Shown here: piece after piece, positions 13,201-26,948 of the stretch
Position numbering within the stretch: position 1 is the first letter of the stretch
Layout of the letters: each line of letters starts with the position of its first letter
Assembly (NCBI GenBank): GCA_964016885.1
Contig: OZ024742.1
Coordinates: forward strand, 306,342,001-306,406,000
Direction: 5' to 3'
Origin: Eledone cirrhosa
Lineage: Eukaryota
Length of the DNA: 64,000 nt
Position numbers and translations under genes: made by a program
The notes under the pieces: model-generated
What the model was told of the DNA's origin: nothing
Databases searched by the model: none
The model's input: only the letters and a program-made list of their open reading frames with translations

Positions 13201-15065
13201 AAAGAAACCAATTTCTTTGTGACTACAATATAAAATAATGGTAATGTGCTGTTTATTCAATTTAGTTGATTCTCTTATTTATAAATAACGTTGTTTCCTC
13301 TTATTAAAAACAAATGTAAACATAAAAATATCAATTTAATCACGTTTTGAATACAGTATTACCAATAAATTTTGGTTATCAGTAGAATTAAACAAATAAA
13401 TTTTTACTTATCTATGTTGGTACAATTTCAATGTCATATTCCATATGTGTATAATATGAATACAAATATTAAATGTTTAATACAATGTTCAGTATATACA
13501 TAAATTCTTCATGCAAAGGATTTAATGTAACACGAATGAACAATGTGAAGACACATATGGCACTAGAAAGACATGGAGATTGATGAAACAAGTAAACAAG
13601 TGAATATAGTGCGTCAAATGAGCCAAATGAAGTGTCCAACTGAAATGGACTTCAAGGAAAAACAATTTGAATTCTCTGGGTGTACATGCAAAGAGCAGAA
13701 TATCACGCATAAAAATTTTCAAAAACAGCAGAAATGTTTCAGTTGTTCAAGTAGGATAAAGAATGGTGTACAGTCTACAGAGTACAATATGTGAATGTCA
13801 TCATAAATGTTACTAACAATAAAGGGATGGTTGTATTGATTTGTCTCTATCTCTGTATATATCTGCAATATCTGCTCTGAAATTGTTCATGCTGGGAATT
13901 TGAGACCAGGTATCCGTATATGCCTGGCAGCATGCTCCTCGACCATCTTCAGACCTACTGTCAACTCTACATGTAACTGTTGTATCAAAGATATCATTAG
14001 GCGATATGTATTGGAAAACACTTCCATTGATTTCTATATTTTTCAAGCAATTTTGGGCTAACACCGCAGATGAGCGAATATTGTTCTACAGGGAAAAACA
14101 CAACCAAATGAAATAACATGGGAAAACAAAACTCCTCGCATTTGGCGATTGAAAATCTTGAGCTCCTTCTCGTCTCTAGAATACAATATTATTGTATGAT
14201 CTATGGAGTTGAGATTAGTAAGTGTTTCTTTACTCGGCAAAAGATGTGGTGCTATGCTCAGGCTAAGTGAAAATGTGGCATCGAAACGTAATTTCAAATT
14301 ATTTGCAGACATAATCTTTTATGTATCACTTGTGCTAAAATATCTTAGCGACAGGTTTATATTGCACGAGCACTGTGCAATAATTGTCATTAGCTTCAAA
14401 TCAGCAAATGTCGCGCTACGTGACACAATTCTGTTGTTCTGTTACATTCTATTAGGCAAATGAATCTCAGGGCTGAAAACATACGAAACTATGTTTCTAG
14501 AGGTGGACGTACTACATTATTTGAATGATTACAACGCTGATATATGTGTTTTAGTGTTTATCTGTGCATACAAGAAAAACATTTAATCTACACGTTGCCC
14601 TACACACAATGTTGTAATCAAAATACAAATAAATGTTCAGTCGAGGATAACCGCTTACCAGTTTCTTTTGCAGTCACAAGGGGTCACTTAACCCCTAAGG
14701 CCACATCTCCCCAAAACACAACGAAGAGATTCGGAGGGGTTTGAATTCCAGATAATGATCGCACTGTAAAGGTTATACATGGACCTATGGGATGTTACTT
14801 GTGAGTCACTTGTACATTTTGCAATTAACATAACTACAACTTTCTGTAATAAAAGAAATAGTAAACCTTTGCTGCAATGAGAAATGGAAGAGTTCTGCAA
14901 ATGTTAAACTGGTAAAGATGTGTAAGATATAAAACTATAATTTGCAACATGGGTTTGGTGATACAAAGGTTCTGTTTTCTCTTCTCTTTTTACTATTTTG
15001 CTCTATGTAAATCAGTTCTTAATTTACGGTGAAAGCCTGCTGCGCAGTAATTTTCAAAGAGGACT

Positions 15066-15366
15066 GATAATTGTTTCTACTTTTGGCACAAGGCCAGCAA
15101 CAATTACCCAGTGGTAATTACTGGTACTTTATTTTATCGGCCCCGTAAGGATGAAAGGCAAAGTTAACCCAGCTGGATTTGAACTCAGAATGGCAAGGGC
15201 CGTAACTCTATGCGTCAAAGCATGGCGTCCGACCCTCTACCGATACTGCCAATTCACCGCCCCCAAAAGGACTAATAATTGTTTCTACATTAGGCACAAG
15301 GCCAGCAATTACCCTGTGCATTACTGGTACTTTATTTTATCGACCCCGTAAGGATGAAAGGCAAAG
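15066..15366 (-). mobile_element. SINE family S1, one full copy plus a duplicated 3' part
   Basis: Reverse complement of the 52602-type SINE. 15274-15366 repeats 15066-15163. Confidence 0.8.
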
Positions 15367-15492
15367 GACTAATAATATGAGACAGTTTGATACATTTTTA
15401 TTCCTGTTTTCTCGTTTGTATTGCAAAACAAAATATGTTTGTGCTAAACCTAATCTGCAAAATTATATATATATTTATATATGTATATATAT

Positions 15493-15530
<38 letters not shown>

Positions 15531-15531
<1 letters not shown>

Positions 15532-15794
15532 CAAGCAAATTATAACGTAAAAATGTAAGTATGTTTTTGAAACGGTGCGCGGGTTTGAAATTAGAAATTA
15601 GAAATTATAAGCTTTCACCGTATTTTAGACTAAAGAAATTTCTAGCCTGATGAGTGTTGCCGTACATGGGCTCCCATGTACGGCGACACTCATCTTTTTC
15701 CATTTCTCCGAGGGTTATAAACCCCACTATCAGGCTAGAAATTTCTTTAGTCTAAAATACGGTGAAAGTTTATAATTTCTAATTTCAAATTTCA
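15531..15794. repeat. Fold-back element with an internal deletion in one arm
   Basis: Centre GATGAGTGTTGCCGTACATGGG-ct-CCCATGTACGGCGACACTCATC, with outer arms ~15585-15650 and ~15728-15790. Confidence 0.8.
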
Positions 15795-15894
15795 TATATA
15801 TATATATATATATATACGTTATTCCGGGTTGAATAGGAGGTAACCACAGTAAGTAAGGTACTCAATACATAGCAGAGTATAAAAGTTTTAATAT

Positions 15895-15943
15895 GATTCC
15901 TGATGATTTCTAAAGAATGAAACAGTTCTAGTCCTGTAGAATC
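15895..15943 (+). ncRNA. Type I hammerhead ribozyme
   Basis: GATTC-CTGATGA-T TTC taaa GAA T-GAAA-CAG ttctagtc CTG-TA-GAATC. Confidence 0.8.
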
Positions 15944-15946
15944 TCA

Positions 15947-16004
<58 letters not shown>

Positions 16005-16045
16005 TTGTGTATATATATATATATATATATAATTTCTAATTTCTA

Positions 16046-16076
<31 letters not shown>

Positions 16077-16090
16077 GTGTAGATAGATCT

Positions 16091-16906
16091 TAGCATAGGG
16101 AAACGATAGACCAACACTGGGGGGAACTAAAAGGACGAAAAAACGGTTCAGTGCTATATGAACATGCCAGACAACAACACGACGTTAACATAGACAACAT
16201 AGAACTTAGAATAATGTCTAAACATAGAAATGACCCACCAGATAGGCAAATCAGAGAGGCCAGTGAAATAGAACTTAGAAGGCCAAGGCTAAACAGAAAG
16301 AATGAATGGAATAACAACAACACCCAAACAAACAACACTGACCTAAGAGAAGTATAAATAAATAAATAGATAAATAAATAAATAAATAAATACATATACA
16401 AGCACAATAACAACAAACACATATATAAACACACTAGTAAAGATAGAATACATTAACCAATACACAGTCACCCAATCACGAACACACATCAAACAAAACA
16501 CTATACACACACGCAAACGCATGCGCAAAGAAGACAAAATATAACAAACAAATAAATAAATATATAAACAGACTAAATAAAGATGGCGTAGAAAATACAA
16601 TGCAACGGGAGGAAACAATAGCACAACTGACGATGTTGCAGATGTGCAACGAAAGAACTTTGATAAACTATATATATGTGTTTGTGTCTATATTGTATCT
16701 GTATTATTTTTGACCGTTGGTCAGTCAATGGCAACATTGAGGAGCGAATAAATTAGATTACCGACATAAAAGACACAGAAGCGAAAAGCGAAAACCGACA
16801 TTAATTCTGGCAATATTACACAAATATGACCCTCCCCAAGTATAACAATATTTGTTTCTACCCACGATTTCATATCAAAAACCTCGCAAAACTAATTCAT
16901 CGCCGT

Positions 16907-16907
<1 letters not shown>
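16091..16907 (+). pseudogene. Neptune-like PLE 3' fragment (GIY-YIG C-terminus, 3' UTR, tail)
   Basis: Nearly the same as 49971-50740. HHR-like CTGACGA-T-GTTGCA gatg TGCAAC-GAAA at 16627-16654. Confidence 0.85.
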
Positions 16908-16935
<28 letters not shown>

Positions 16936-16938
<3 letters not shown>

Positions 16939-19627
16939 GGAACGAGTAGGACCCCGACGGCTGAGCTCAAGCCGTTTCGACGGCTAATTCTGGACTAAAT
17001 GAAAATGTTTATCCTGGTACATGAATAGCCGAGCTTCTCAGGGAGTAATTCCATATATAGTAAAAGTGATTGTCACAAGGATTGGTCAAAAGTTTGTTGT
17101 TGAGACATAATTCTATCATGGCATTTTGTGGAAGGAAGGTGTAGCTGAACTTGCCAGTAGAAGAAAGAGGGAGAGGGAGTGGAGGAAACCCAGTCGTGCG
17201 TTGATAGTGCCAACTACAGCAGGATCCTAAGGATAAGAGGTCGAGAAAGTATACTAGGGAGGGGGAGAGGGAGGAAGTCGAAACAATAAGTAAATCAATA
17301 TGGAGTAAATATATAGAAGAATAATAAGAATGTTAAAAATATAAAAAAACAATTTCTGGTTATTATTCCATTACCACAATCATCAAGTCTCTCACTGGTA
17401 CTGCCAAACTACAGAAAAGTTTAATAGGTGGGACGTAATACTAAATACGAGATTGTAGTGAAAGAATTTTATGAGTTAGTAGTAATCATCCAAATCTATC
17501 TTACAGTGACAGGTCAACAAGTAGGGGGCCAAAATACTAAAGAAACTACTACGAAATAATAATTCAGAATCCCGAAAATGAATACTAATACAATATATAA
17601 GGGTGCCGCTACGATACAAAAATTCTAATACAAACTACATGAATGCTCGTACGATATATATGAAAAATTTGATACGAAAAATATTAATTCAGACCCCCCC
17701 CCCCCCCCGCCAAAAAAAAAATACTGATATACGAGAAACTAAAGCAGAGATACCACTAAGAAATCTAGAAAGCACGGAAATGGGCAGCCATCGGATAAGA
17801 AAGCAAGTATCTGGGGTCTATCACATCTGCTATAAAAAGCGGAGTCGGCCAATTCTAACATAGAATAGGGGATGGGGTACTGAGGCTACAAAGGACCGAA
17901 GGGCTGCCTCGGGATGGGCGAGAAAGTGAAAAGGACGACGACAAAGAAGGAGAACTGGGGTGGAAGGACTAGGAAGTGATGGCGTGGGGGGGGGAGAAGG
18001 AAATATAGAGGAAACGATAAAAAGATCCGGTTATACCAACACAGACATACTTTCCGAAATCTGGCCCGGCGTCACGCCACCACACTTTCGGGCCATATCT
18101 GGGAGCTCAAAGATAACAATATAACCTATGATCTCACTTGGAGCTTACTGTCCAGAGCCAACTCTTACACGGGAGGACGTCGTCCGTGCAATTTATGCTC
18201 GGAGGAAACATTACAATATGCTGTTTTCGACGGACCAACTCCTAAACAAGAAAGACGAACTGGTAACTGCATGCAAACACAGATTGCGTAGGACTTACCT
18301 CACCCTCAAACCCCATAATGACCTGAGGGGTAGACAAGGGCTGTTATACCCCACTTGCTGAATTTGTAATGGGTAACCCCTGCTTGCAAAGGTAGACGTA
18401 AGATTTTCTTATATATCTTTTTATCGTTTCCTCTATATTTCCTTCTTCCCCCCATCCCTTCCTAGTCCTTCCACCCCAGTTCTCCTTCCTTGTCGTCGTA
18501 GTTTTCACTTTCTCGCCCACCCCGAGGCAGCCTTTCGGTCCTTTGTAGCCTCAGTACCCCCACCCCCATTCCCTATTCTATGATATAATTGGCCGACTCC
18601 GCTTTTTATAGCAGATGTGATAGACCCCAGATACTTGCTTTCCTATCCGATGGCTGCCCCATTTTCGTGCTTTCTAGATTTCTTAGTGGTATCTCTGCTT
18701 TAGTTTCTCGTACATCAGTATTTATTGGGGGGGGGGGGGGGGGCAGGGGGGGGGATTCTGAATTAATATTTTTCGCATCAAATTGTTCATATATATCGTA
18801 CGAGCATTCATGTAGTTTGTATTAGAATTTTTGTATCGTAGCGGCACCCTTATATATTGTATTAGTATTCATTTTCGGGATTCTGAATTATTATTTCGTA
18901 TTAGTTTCGGAACTCTGAATTATTATTTCGTAGTAGTTTCTTTAGTATTTTGGCCCCCTACTTGTTGACCTGTCACTGTAAGATAGATTTGGATGATTAC
19001 TACTAACTCATGAAATTCTTTCACTACAATCTCGTATTTAGTATTCCGGCCCACCTATTAAACTTTTCTGTAGTTTGGCAGTTCCAGTGAGAGACTTGAT
19101 GATTGTGGTAAGGGAATAGTAACCAGAAATTGTTTTTTCATATTTTTAACATACTTATTATTCTTCTATATATTTACTCCATATTGATTTACTTATTGTC
19201 TCGACTTCCTCCCCTTCCCCCTCCCTAGTATACTTTCTCGACCTCTTATCCTTAGGATCCTGCTGTAGTTGGCACTATCAACGCACGATTGGGTTTCCTC
19301 CACTCCCTCTCCCTCTTTCTTCTACTGGCAAGTTCATCTACCCCTTCCTTCCAGAAAATGCCATGATAGAATTATGTGTCTCAACAACAAACTTTTGACC
19401 AATCCTTGTGACAATCACTTTTACCATATATGGAATTACTCCCTGAGAAGCTCGGCTATTCATGTACCAGGATAAAAATGTCCAATTAGTCCAGAATTAG
19501 CCGTCGAAGCGGCTTGAACTCAGCCGTCGGGGTCCTACTCGTTCCTATTACCCACTCTACTACCCTAAGTATTGAGTACTTTGGTGCGTTATGGTCCATC
19601 TGGTTCCTTACCATATTTCCTTCCTTA
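16936..19627 (+). mobile_element. Naiad-like PLE 3' end as a fold-back with ~1.1-kb arms
   Basis: 16936-18025 is the inverse of ~18412-19548. The centre encodes frameshifted TTLSGHIWELKDNNI...CNLCSEE...LLNKKDELVTACKHR. HHR-like motif at 16951-17046(-) and 19438-19533(+) with non-canonical CTGAGAA. Confidence 0.8.
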
Positions 19628-19649
19628 TATATATATATATATATATACA

Positions 19650-20176
<527 letters not shown>

Positions 20177-20179
20177 ATA

Positions 20180-20237
<58 letters not shown>

Positions 20238-20253
20238 TATATCTATATATCTA

Positions 20254-20377
<124 letters not shown>

Positions 20378-22149
20378 GGCAATGCTCAAAACATCTGTGA
20401 TCCTATGCTCAGAAATGTCGAACTAATTTATTTTTCATCGGAGGAAGAAGTTAACATAATCAGCTTGTATAAAGTCACAAGTGTAACGTTACAGATGTAA
20501 CATTAAATACGAAGAAAACATTTACTATATACTGCAAATGCAACGTTACGAATCCTTGCTGTTCATATTTTCCCCATCAGTAATTAGAATAGGGTTGTAT
20601 ATTTTTAGGAATGAAGATGTGATTTGTAAACAGTTTCCCTTTTAATTTATCTTTTATTTGTTGTGTGTATAAAAGTTTGTCGGGATTAGATGTTTTGTAG
20701 TATATACTTAATACTTGAATAGCGATAGATTGAAGTTAGTCTTCTGACCTGTTTTCGATGGAGGGTCAATTTTGACCGGTGAAATTTGAAATAGGAATGA
20801 TTTGTGGCAAAATTAAATAAGCAAGTTAAAATTCTTCGAATATCAGTGCTCTTGTGTAAGGGCAATATGGATTTATATATATGCTAAAGGCATATTTCTG
20901 AAAGCAGTGATGTTTGTTTTGATACAAATCTTCTAAATGTAACATTTGTTAGAAATGTTTTATCTAAGTTTGTCTAAACACATCAATACAGAATGATGAG
21001 AATTTAACAAGCTATCTATGGCTTCTGCTTACTGGTCTCGGTTGAAGTTAATTCATTTGATTTCTCTTATTAAATAATGAACACCACACGATGCCATCTT
21101 CCTTCACAATAATCTATAAAATTATCACCTGCTCTCATCCGTATTTGATATGAATTAATTGTGTTCATATATATACTACAATAGTTGAAATAATTATTGT
21201 TTCTTGATGTAAACAAACAACCTAATATCGTACCTTGTGATTCTTCATAATTTATACATTGAAACACGAGTTTTTAAATTCCAATTTCAACAGCTTTACA
21301 TTACTATAAACAATTATCTACAGATTTCTGTGATTTAAACACCAAATATTCGAAGTCTGCAAAAGTTAACATATAAGTTAAAGATTGTTCATTGTGTGTA
21401 CAATACATAGCGTTTATACTCCTAGATGCTCTAATATGTATAAAAAAATAAACTTTATATTATCTATCTTGAATTATTTTATCATTTCCCCTCACAAACA
21501 TTGCACATTCGGAATATCTGATGTTCAAATATAAACGTTAGAAGACCATTAAAAAATGCAATATAGAAAATTAGACTTGGTATAACGATTCTCTCTTAAA
21601 CGAATTAGCTGTTTGCGATCGGCAATATGCTGATATAATACGGTATGTCTGTATCCCTAGATTAATATTCATATGCAATATTTTGTACTTATACACATAT
21701 ATGGGAGTATAAATGAATACATACTTTAACCTTTTGAATATCAATGGATCAGTTATAAAAAATAGTTAAATGATTGGTTCAAGTTTATTATTTATTCGAT
21801 TTGACTTAACTGATTGTTATTTAATTTAAATCTTGTCATATGACGCCGTGAAGCAAGATTTGTCGATCATTGAAATCCCCTCTCAAAAATTGTTTTGTTA
21901 TTTATTTTGATATTAATTTTAAAATCATGTAAGACGTTTTCATTTAAATTATGATGCCAATAGTTACCTATGATTTTGTATTTGTTTCGTCCTCTAACAG
22001 ACACAGAGTATCATGTCAAATGAAACAGGATGCAATGCTCGGAATTTAGGGACCTTTTAAATGTTTCATAGTCTATTGTAGCCATTGTAGAATGTTTGCA
22101 TAAATTCGATCTTTCTGTTTATTATAGATTTCATGTGATTTTTTAAAAT

Positions 22150-22920
22150 CTCTTCCTATGGTTGGCTTCAGGCCTTCTATTATGATTTCCTTGTCCTTGG
22201 TAAATAGTATTAGAATATAGGACACGTTTTATATTCACCTCATTAGCTGATTTTTATATGCTATTTTTCATATTACCAGATTTTCTTCAGCATTGATATA
22301 TTTTTTTCCATGTTCAATTCAATTTTTTTCTAAGGAACTTCCTATTGTTAACTGTTTTATCATTTAAATCCGTATAAGTTATTGTTTGTCTTCTCCAAAA
22401 CATTTTATTTCGCTTCAATTGCGTCTTTTATTTTTCACATTAGTTTATTATTTTTAATGTTCCCCATTTGTTTTATTTTTATTTGACAAAGTGAATTTGA
22501 TTTCTTTTTATTAAGTCCATTTCCATTTTTAACGTAATATTTCTTTTAATAGCTTTGGTGTTTTTCTCTTTGTATTTTGGATATATTATTCCTAGTTCAT
22601 TTTTGTCTTATAACCTTATGTATTTTATTTTCTAGGCTGCTTTAATTATTTTTAGTGTTTTCAATGTTTTCACAAACCGTTTCTTCATTATTACACGGAC
22701 TGTTGCATAAAGTTAGATGATTTATATCATTTATATTTATCTCATTTTTCTTGTCTCGTTATTGCTTCTGTTTCATTAATGTTCATTTTTCACATTTTAT
22801 GATATGTTGCCTGTTTGTGACCTGTCTTCTCTTGGTAAAGTATTTATTTCTTCAAGTTTCAATTTATAAATTTTCAGAATTTGCTTTTCGCTGGTTGCAG
22901 TCATTTATTTCTATGTCTAT
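22150..22920 (-). pseudogene. Highly degraded LINE (RTE-like) 3' remnant
   Basis: Purine-rich minus strand with a KKWKWT motif near 22515-22530 and no intact ORF. Confidence 0.3.
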
Positions 22921-23429
22921 TGGAGCGTGATACTCATTATAACCCAAGTAACAACTCAAAAGTATATTTTATTTCATAGTTTCTCAGGTCTCTCCGGTAG
23001 ATGTTTATCGCTCTCTAAATCCTTCAGAAAGTTTCATTTTATATTTTCATCTCTGATAGTATTCGATGTTAAACAAAAAATCCATATATATATATGTGTG
23101 CGTGTTTGTTTTTGTGTGTGTACGTGTGCGTATATGTGTGTGCGCGTGTGTGTGTGAGTGTGTGTGAGGGTATGTGTTTGTTTATACACTCACAGACGCA
23201 CACATACATGCACACATATATATATATTTATATATTTGGAAGAAAACCCAATCCTAGTGTATTCTACATTACCGTTAAATTTTCCAGTTAAATTTTCCAC
23301 CGACAATAACTCTAACACTGGTGTCAGTCACGGTTGAATCCCTTCATCTCATATATTTCTGTCAGCTCTTTTGAAATGAAGAAGGTAATGAATGGTGGAA
23401 AAGTATGAGGATATGAGGTAAAATAGAGA

Positions 23430-24090
23430 GGCAATACACTTTCAATTTTGCCGATGAAATTGCACGACTATCAAATACAAAAGCTGGGCCCCATGAACTA
23501 GCATCCAAGCTATCACACATACTATACCTAGCACAACATTAAGAGTAAAAATACCAGGGCAATGCATATAAATACCCTAACTGAACATTTCAACTTCGGA
23601 GAGTAGGTAACGAAAGATGTAGATACTTTCTTCGATCTAGTGAGTGTAGTTGGTAGTGACATTAGCATCGAAGGTGATGTGATAGTAGAACTGTTGAGAC
23701 AGGAGGGATAATATTGTGAATGCACCAAATCTAGACAACATCAAATTTCAGAACCAAGTGATAATCGGAAATCATAGTTTTGCCAACAGATATTATTGAG
23801 CAGTGAAACATGGATAATTGCAGCAAATGTGGCCAAGGTACTATACCATTTCCAGCAGTGGATCCTAGGGAAACAACTCGCAAATGACAACCAACTGAGT
23901 CGGTCCCGCTTGGCAAGACATATTTTTCAGCGACAGGGAACATTGCATACAAAGACTGCAATTTGTACGGAGACCGTCTAAAGAAACAGAGAAAGAGCCA
24001 CTACTGAGCATCTGACAACGAGCATTCTAGGAGGACATCAGTCGCAGAGAAGCAAGTTGTCGAGCTACAGAGCGAATTGCGGCAGAGCAT
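23430..24090 (+). pseudogene. Degraded RTE-like LINE RT remnant
   Basis: Fragments FADEIARLS, KTRAMHIN and LLSSETWI occur in the order expected for RT and post-RT motifs. Confidence 0.45.
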
Positions 24091-24159
24091 TAAATTTCTC
24101 GATAACTTAACGGTTTATGGTTCTTAAGCTGTTATAAGGTATATATACATATATACATT

Positions 24160-24204
<45 letters not shown>

Positions 24205-24207
<3 letters not shown>

Positions 24208-24683
24208 AATAAACATTCAGCGAGAATCGCATTTTCGGCGGGCAGGAAAAGCGAAGCGAAACGCAAAAGTCAGAAATGATACTAGCAAAGTGCTCAATAG
24301 TTAAAAACCAGAGCTAAACAATGTGTTAAGAAGCCATACAAAACTGAAAAGGTGGTCAAGAAAGCATTAACCACCCAAGCCAAAAACCAAATCAACCTAA
24401 ACAGGTCAAAACAAAATAAATGATAAAAAATAAGTGATAACCAGACCTGGACTCCCGGAATTGCTGTTAAAATCCGATGTAGAGTTTCTGTGACACCTAA
24501 ATCAAAATACAGTCTGCTTAAAAATATAAGCTTTGTGTATAACGATCGAACAAGGAATATCACGTTATCAACAGGTATTTCGCTCTGTACCAAATAAGTG
24601 AATGACACGGTGGTAAGTTAAACTACGTGTGGAAATCACAAGAGGAATAACTCCAGATTTTGGCAAAGTAATTCAGTTGGTGT
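24205..24683 (-). mobile_element. Non-coding element related to 36431-37111 (family E)
   Basis: Shared terminus after (TA)n (CAAAT...AGCGAGAATCG) and shared internal block 24448-24516. Confidence 0.55.
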
Positions 24684-24696
24684 AATATATATATAT

Positions 24697-24931
24697 AGAA
24701 GTGGTTACACAACAGTTAGTTCACCATACCGAGAACAATTGTTTCATCTTAGTGGATCCCCAGCTCGTAATGGACATGGTTATACATGTCCATTACGAGC
24801 TGAGGATCCACTAAGGTGAAACAATTGTTCTCGGTATGGTGAACTAACTGTTGTGTAACCACGTCTACCTAACTCGTCCCATGGACTGAGTGCTCTGCCA
24901 CTACGGATATTACCTTCCAGTGTTGTACCCC
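24697..24931. mobile_element. Fold-back with hammerhead at 24796-24833(+)
   Basis: Arms ~24697-24779 and 24785-24867, then a tail. HHR reads CGAG-CTGAGGA-T CC actaa GG T-GAAA-CAATTG-TT-CTCG. Confidence 0.8.
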
Positions 24932-25017
24932 TATATATATGTGGGGGGGGGGGGGTATATTGGGTATGTGCGTGTTTGAGTGTATGTGTCTATCTGTCTG
25001 TCTGTGTGCGTGCGTGC

Positions 25018-25054
<37 letters not shown>

Positions 25055-25239
25055 TATATATTAAATTAAAAGTTGCTCATAACCATCTTTTTTTTCACAG
25101 CCCTTTTATACCCCTTATTGTTAGATTATTACCACAAAGCTTCTATTTCTATTTCAATTCTAAACTCAGTTGGACGCGATCCAAACACACTCACACATAT
25201 ACACACGCGCGCGCGCGCATATATATATATATATATATA

Positions 25240-26182
25240 TACATTATGAAGAGAGAAGAAACATTTAGATATAATTAGTAATAAAATGTATCATACCTAA
25301 ACTGCTCCTAAATTCCTCGACTACGTAGTTTCGTGGCATAAACAAAAACAATATATCATAAAGATATAGAGTCCTTGCGAGGTCTGCCGACTTATCAAGA
25401 GGATACCTCATTTTACTAGTCTCAAGAACGCGTCTACACGACGTGAGAAAGAATCCCAAAAGGCGGAGGGGGAGATAGTCACGCGATATAACGGTCGAGA
25501 AACAGAGCTAAGCCTCTTATAACCCCGAAGAAAATGCATTCATGTATATATGTGTGTGTCCGCATGTATCTGTGTGTTTCTAATTATATTGTTAATAACT
25601 CCCTCTGGTCGAGCAATCTTTGAAGTGTGGGGACAGCTGGAAGGCTTCCATTACTCATACTTCTCGCCTTCTTCACCACCTCTTCTGCGGCCTCGATATA
25701 AATACCCCCTCCGCCTCCGTGGTATTTTCTTCGGGGTTATAAGAGGCTTAGCTCTGTTTCTCGACCGTTATATCGCGTGACTATCTCCCCCTCCGCCTTT
25801 TGGGATTCTTTCTCACGTCGTGTAGACGCGTTCTTGAGACTAGTAAAATGAGGTATCCTCTTGATAAGTCGGCAGACCTCGCAAGGACTCTATATCTTTA
25901 TGATATATTGTTTTTGTTTATGCCACGAAACTACGTAGTCGAGGAATTTAGGAGCAGTTTAGGCATGATACATTTTATTACTAATTATATCTAAATGTTT
26001 CTTCTCTCTTCATAATGTATTTTTAACTCTGATACTGGTTCAGTCGGGTTCAACTGAATTGGTCTGTCCCAGTCATTCATTGAGCAACATCGGTGAAGTT
26101 GGCACCCTTAACTCACAGTTGGGTGCGGATGCATTCATGTATATATGTGTGTGTCCGCATGTATCTGTGTGTTTCTAATTAT

Positions 26183-26187
<5 letters not shown>
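25240..26187 (+). mobile_element. 595-bp retrozyme with 59-bp terminal direct repeat plus an inverted truncated copy (family F)
   Basis: 25534-25592 = 26129-26187, and ~25240-25533 is the inverse of ~25726-26019. Confidence 0.85.
25856..25945 (+). ncRNA. Type I hammerhead, U3-A8 variant with extended stem II (inverse copy at 25314-25403)
   Basis: TCCTC-TTGATAA-GT c GGCA...TGCC AC-GAAA-CTACGTAG-TC-GAGGA. Confidence 0.8.
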
Positions 26188-26216
<29 letters not shown>

Positions 26217-26218
<2 letters not shown>

Positions 26219-26410
26219 AAGTGAAGTTTTTTTTACAAAATGAAAAAAAAAACCAATGTCTTACAGGAGTGAAAGTATAAGGAAAAGAGATGAAAACGAA
26301 AATGCAAATGGAGTCTTTTTTAAAAATATATGTATATTTCTTTCCTTTACCGGTTTGGCAGTTCTTGTGCTTTTCAAAAGTAGATTTGAGATGGAGGGTT
26401 TGTTGTTTTT
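26217..26410 (-). mobile_element. Family C copy with hammerhead at 26345-26380
   Basis: Minus strand reads CTT-TTGAAAA-GCAC aagaa CTGC-CAAA-CCGG-TA-AAG. Its lesions differ from those of the 9652 copy. Confidence 0.7.
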
Positions 26411-26512
26411 GTATGTGTGTGTGTATGTGTATGTATGTATGTATGTATGTATGTATGTATGTATGTATGTACTTATGTATGTATGCACGCTTATATATAT
26501 ATATATATATAT

Positions 26513-26700
26513 ATTAAAATAACAGATTAAAGTTTAAGCAAAGAATCGCTGCGTTCACCCTTAACGGGATCTTCTGAAACGGGAGTTTCTTTGCTTACAC
26601 TTTAATCTGTTATTTTAATAAATATTTGCTCTACGGTACTTATATATTTGATATATATTTATCCTTATCGAGCCCTCTTTGGATTTTAGTCTTCAAATTT
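26513..26700. mobile_element. Family D fold-back, between (TA)n and (ATT)n
   Basis: ATTAAAATAACAGATTAAAG...CTTTAATCTGTTATTTTAAT inverted pair. The tail matches the inverse of 10078-10165. Confidence 0.65.
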
Positions 26701-26948
26701 ATTATTATTAATATTATTATTATTATTATTATAGAATGCTATGGTTGACGGAGGCTCGGCTCTGTAAGGTATTGTAAATTTTGACCGCTATAACAATTGT
26801 AAATTGTTTAAAAGTTTAACCAACTTGTAGACAAAAACACCCTCCTACTCGTGAGAGGGGTCTTTCTGCCCGTTATTTGGCCCTTCAGGGTTAAATAAAC
26901 GCTTATTGGGGTTTTGTACCCAATATTTATTTCAAACAAAAAAACAAC

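Noticed and set aside
13813-14463. Possible host exon or MULE/SWIM transposase relic (CSCWEFET)
   Set aside because: There are stops in all frames and only one weak motif, so it is not supportable without a homology search.
15644-15660. CTGATGAG followed by a hairpin, resembling a hammerhead
   Set aside because: It is created by a deletion junction in a fold-back, and no GAAA follows the stem.
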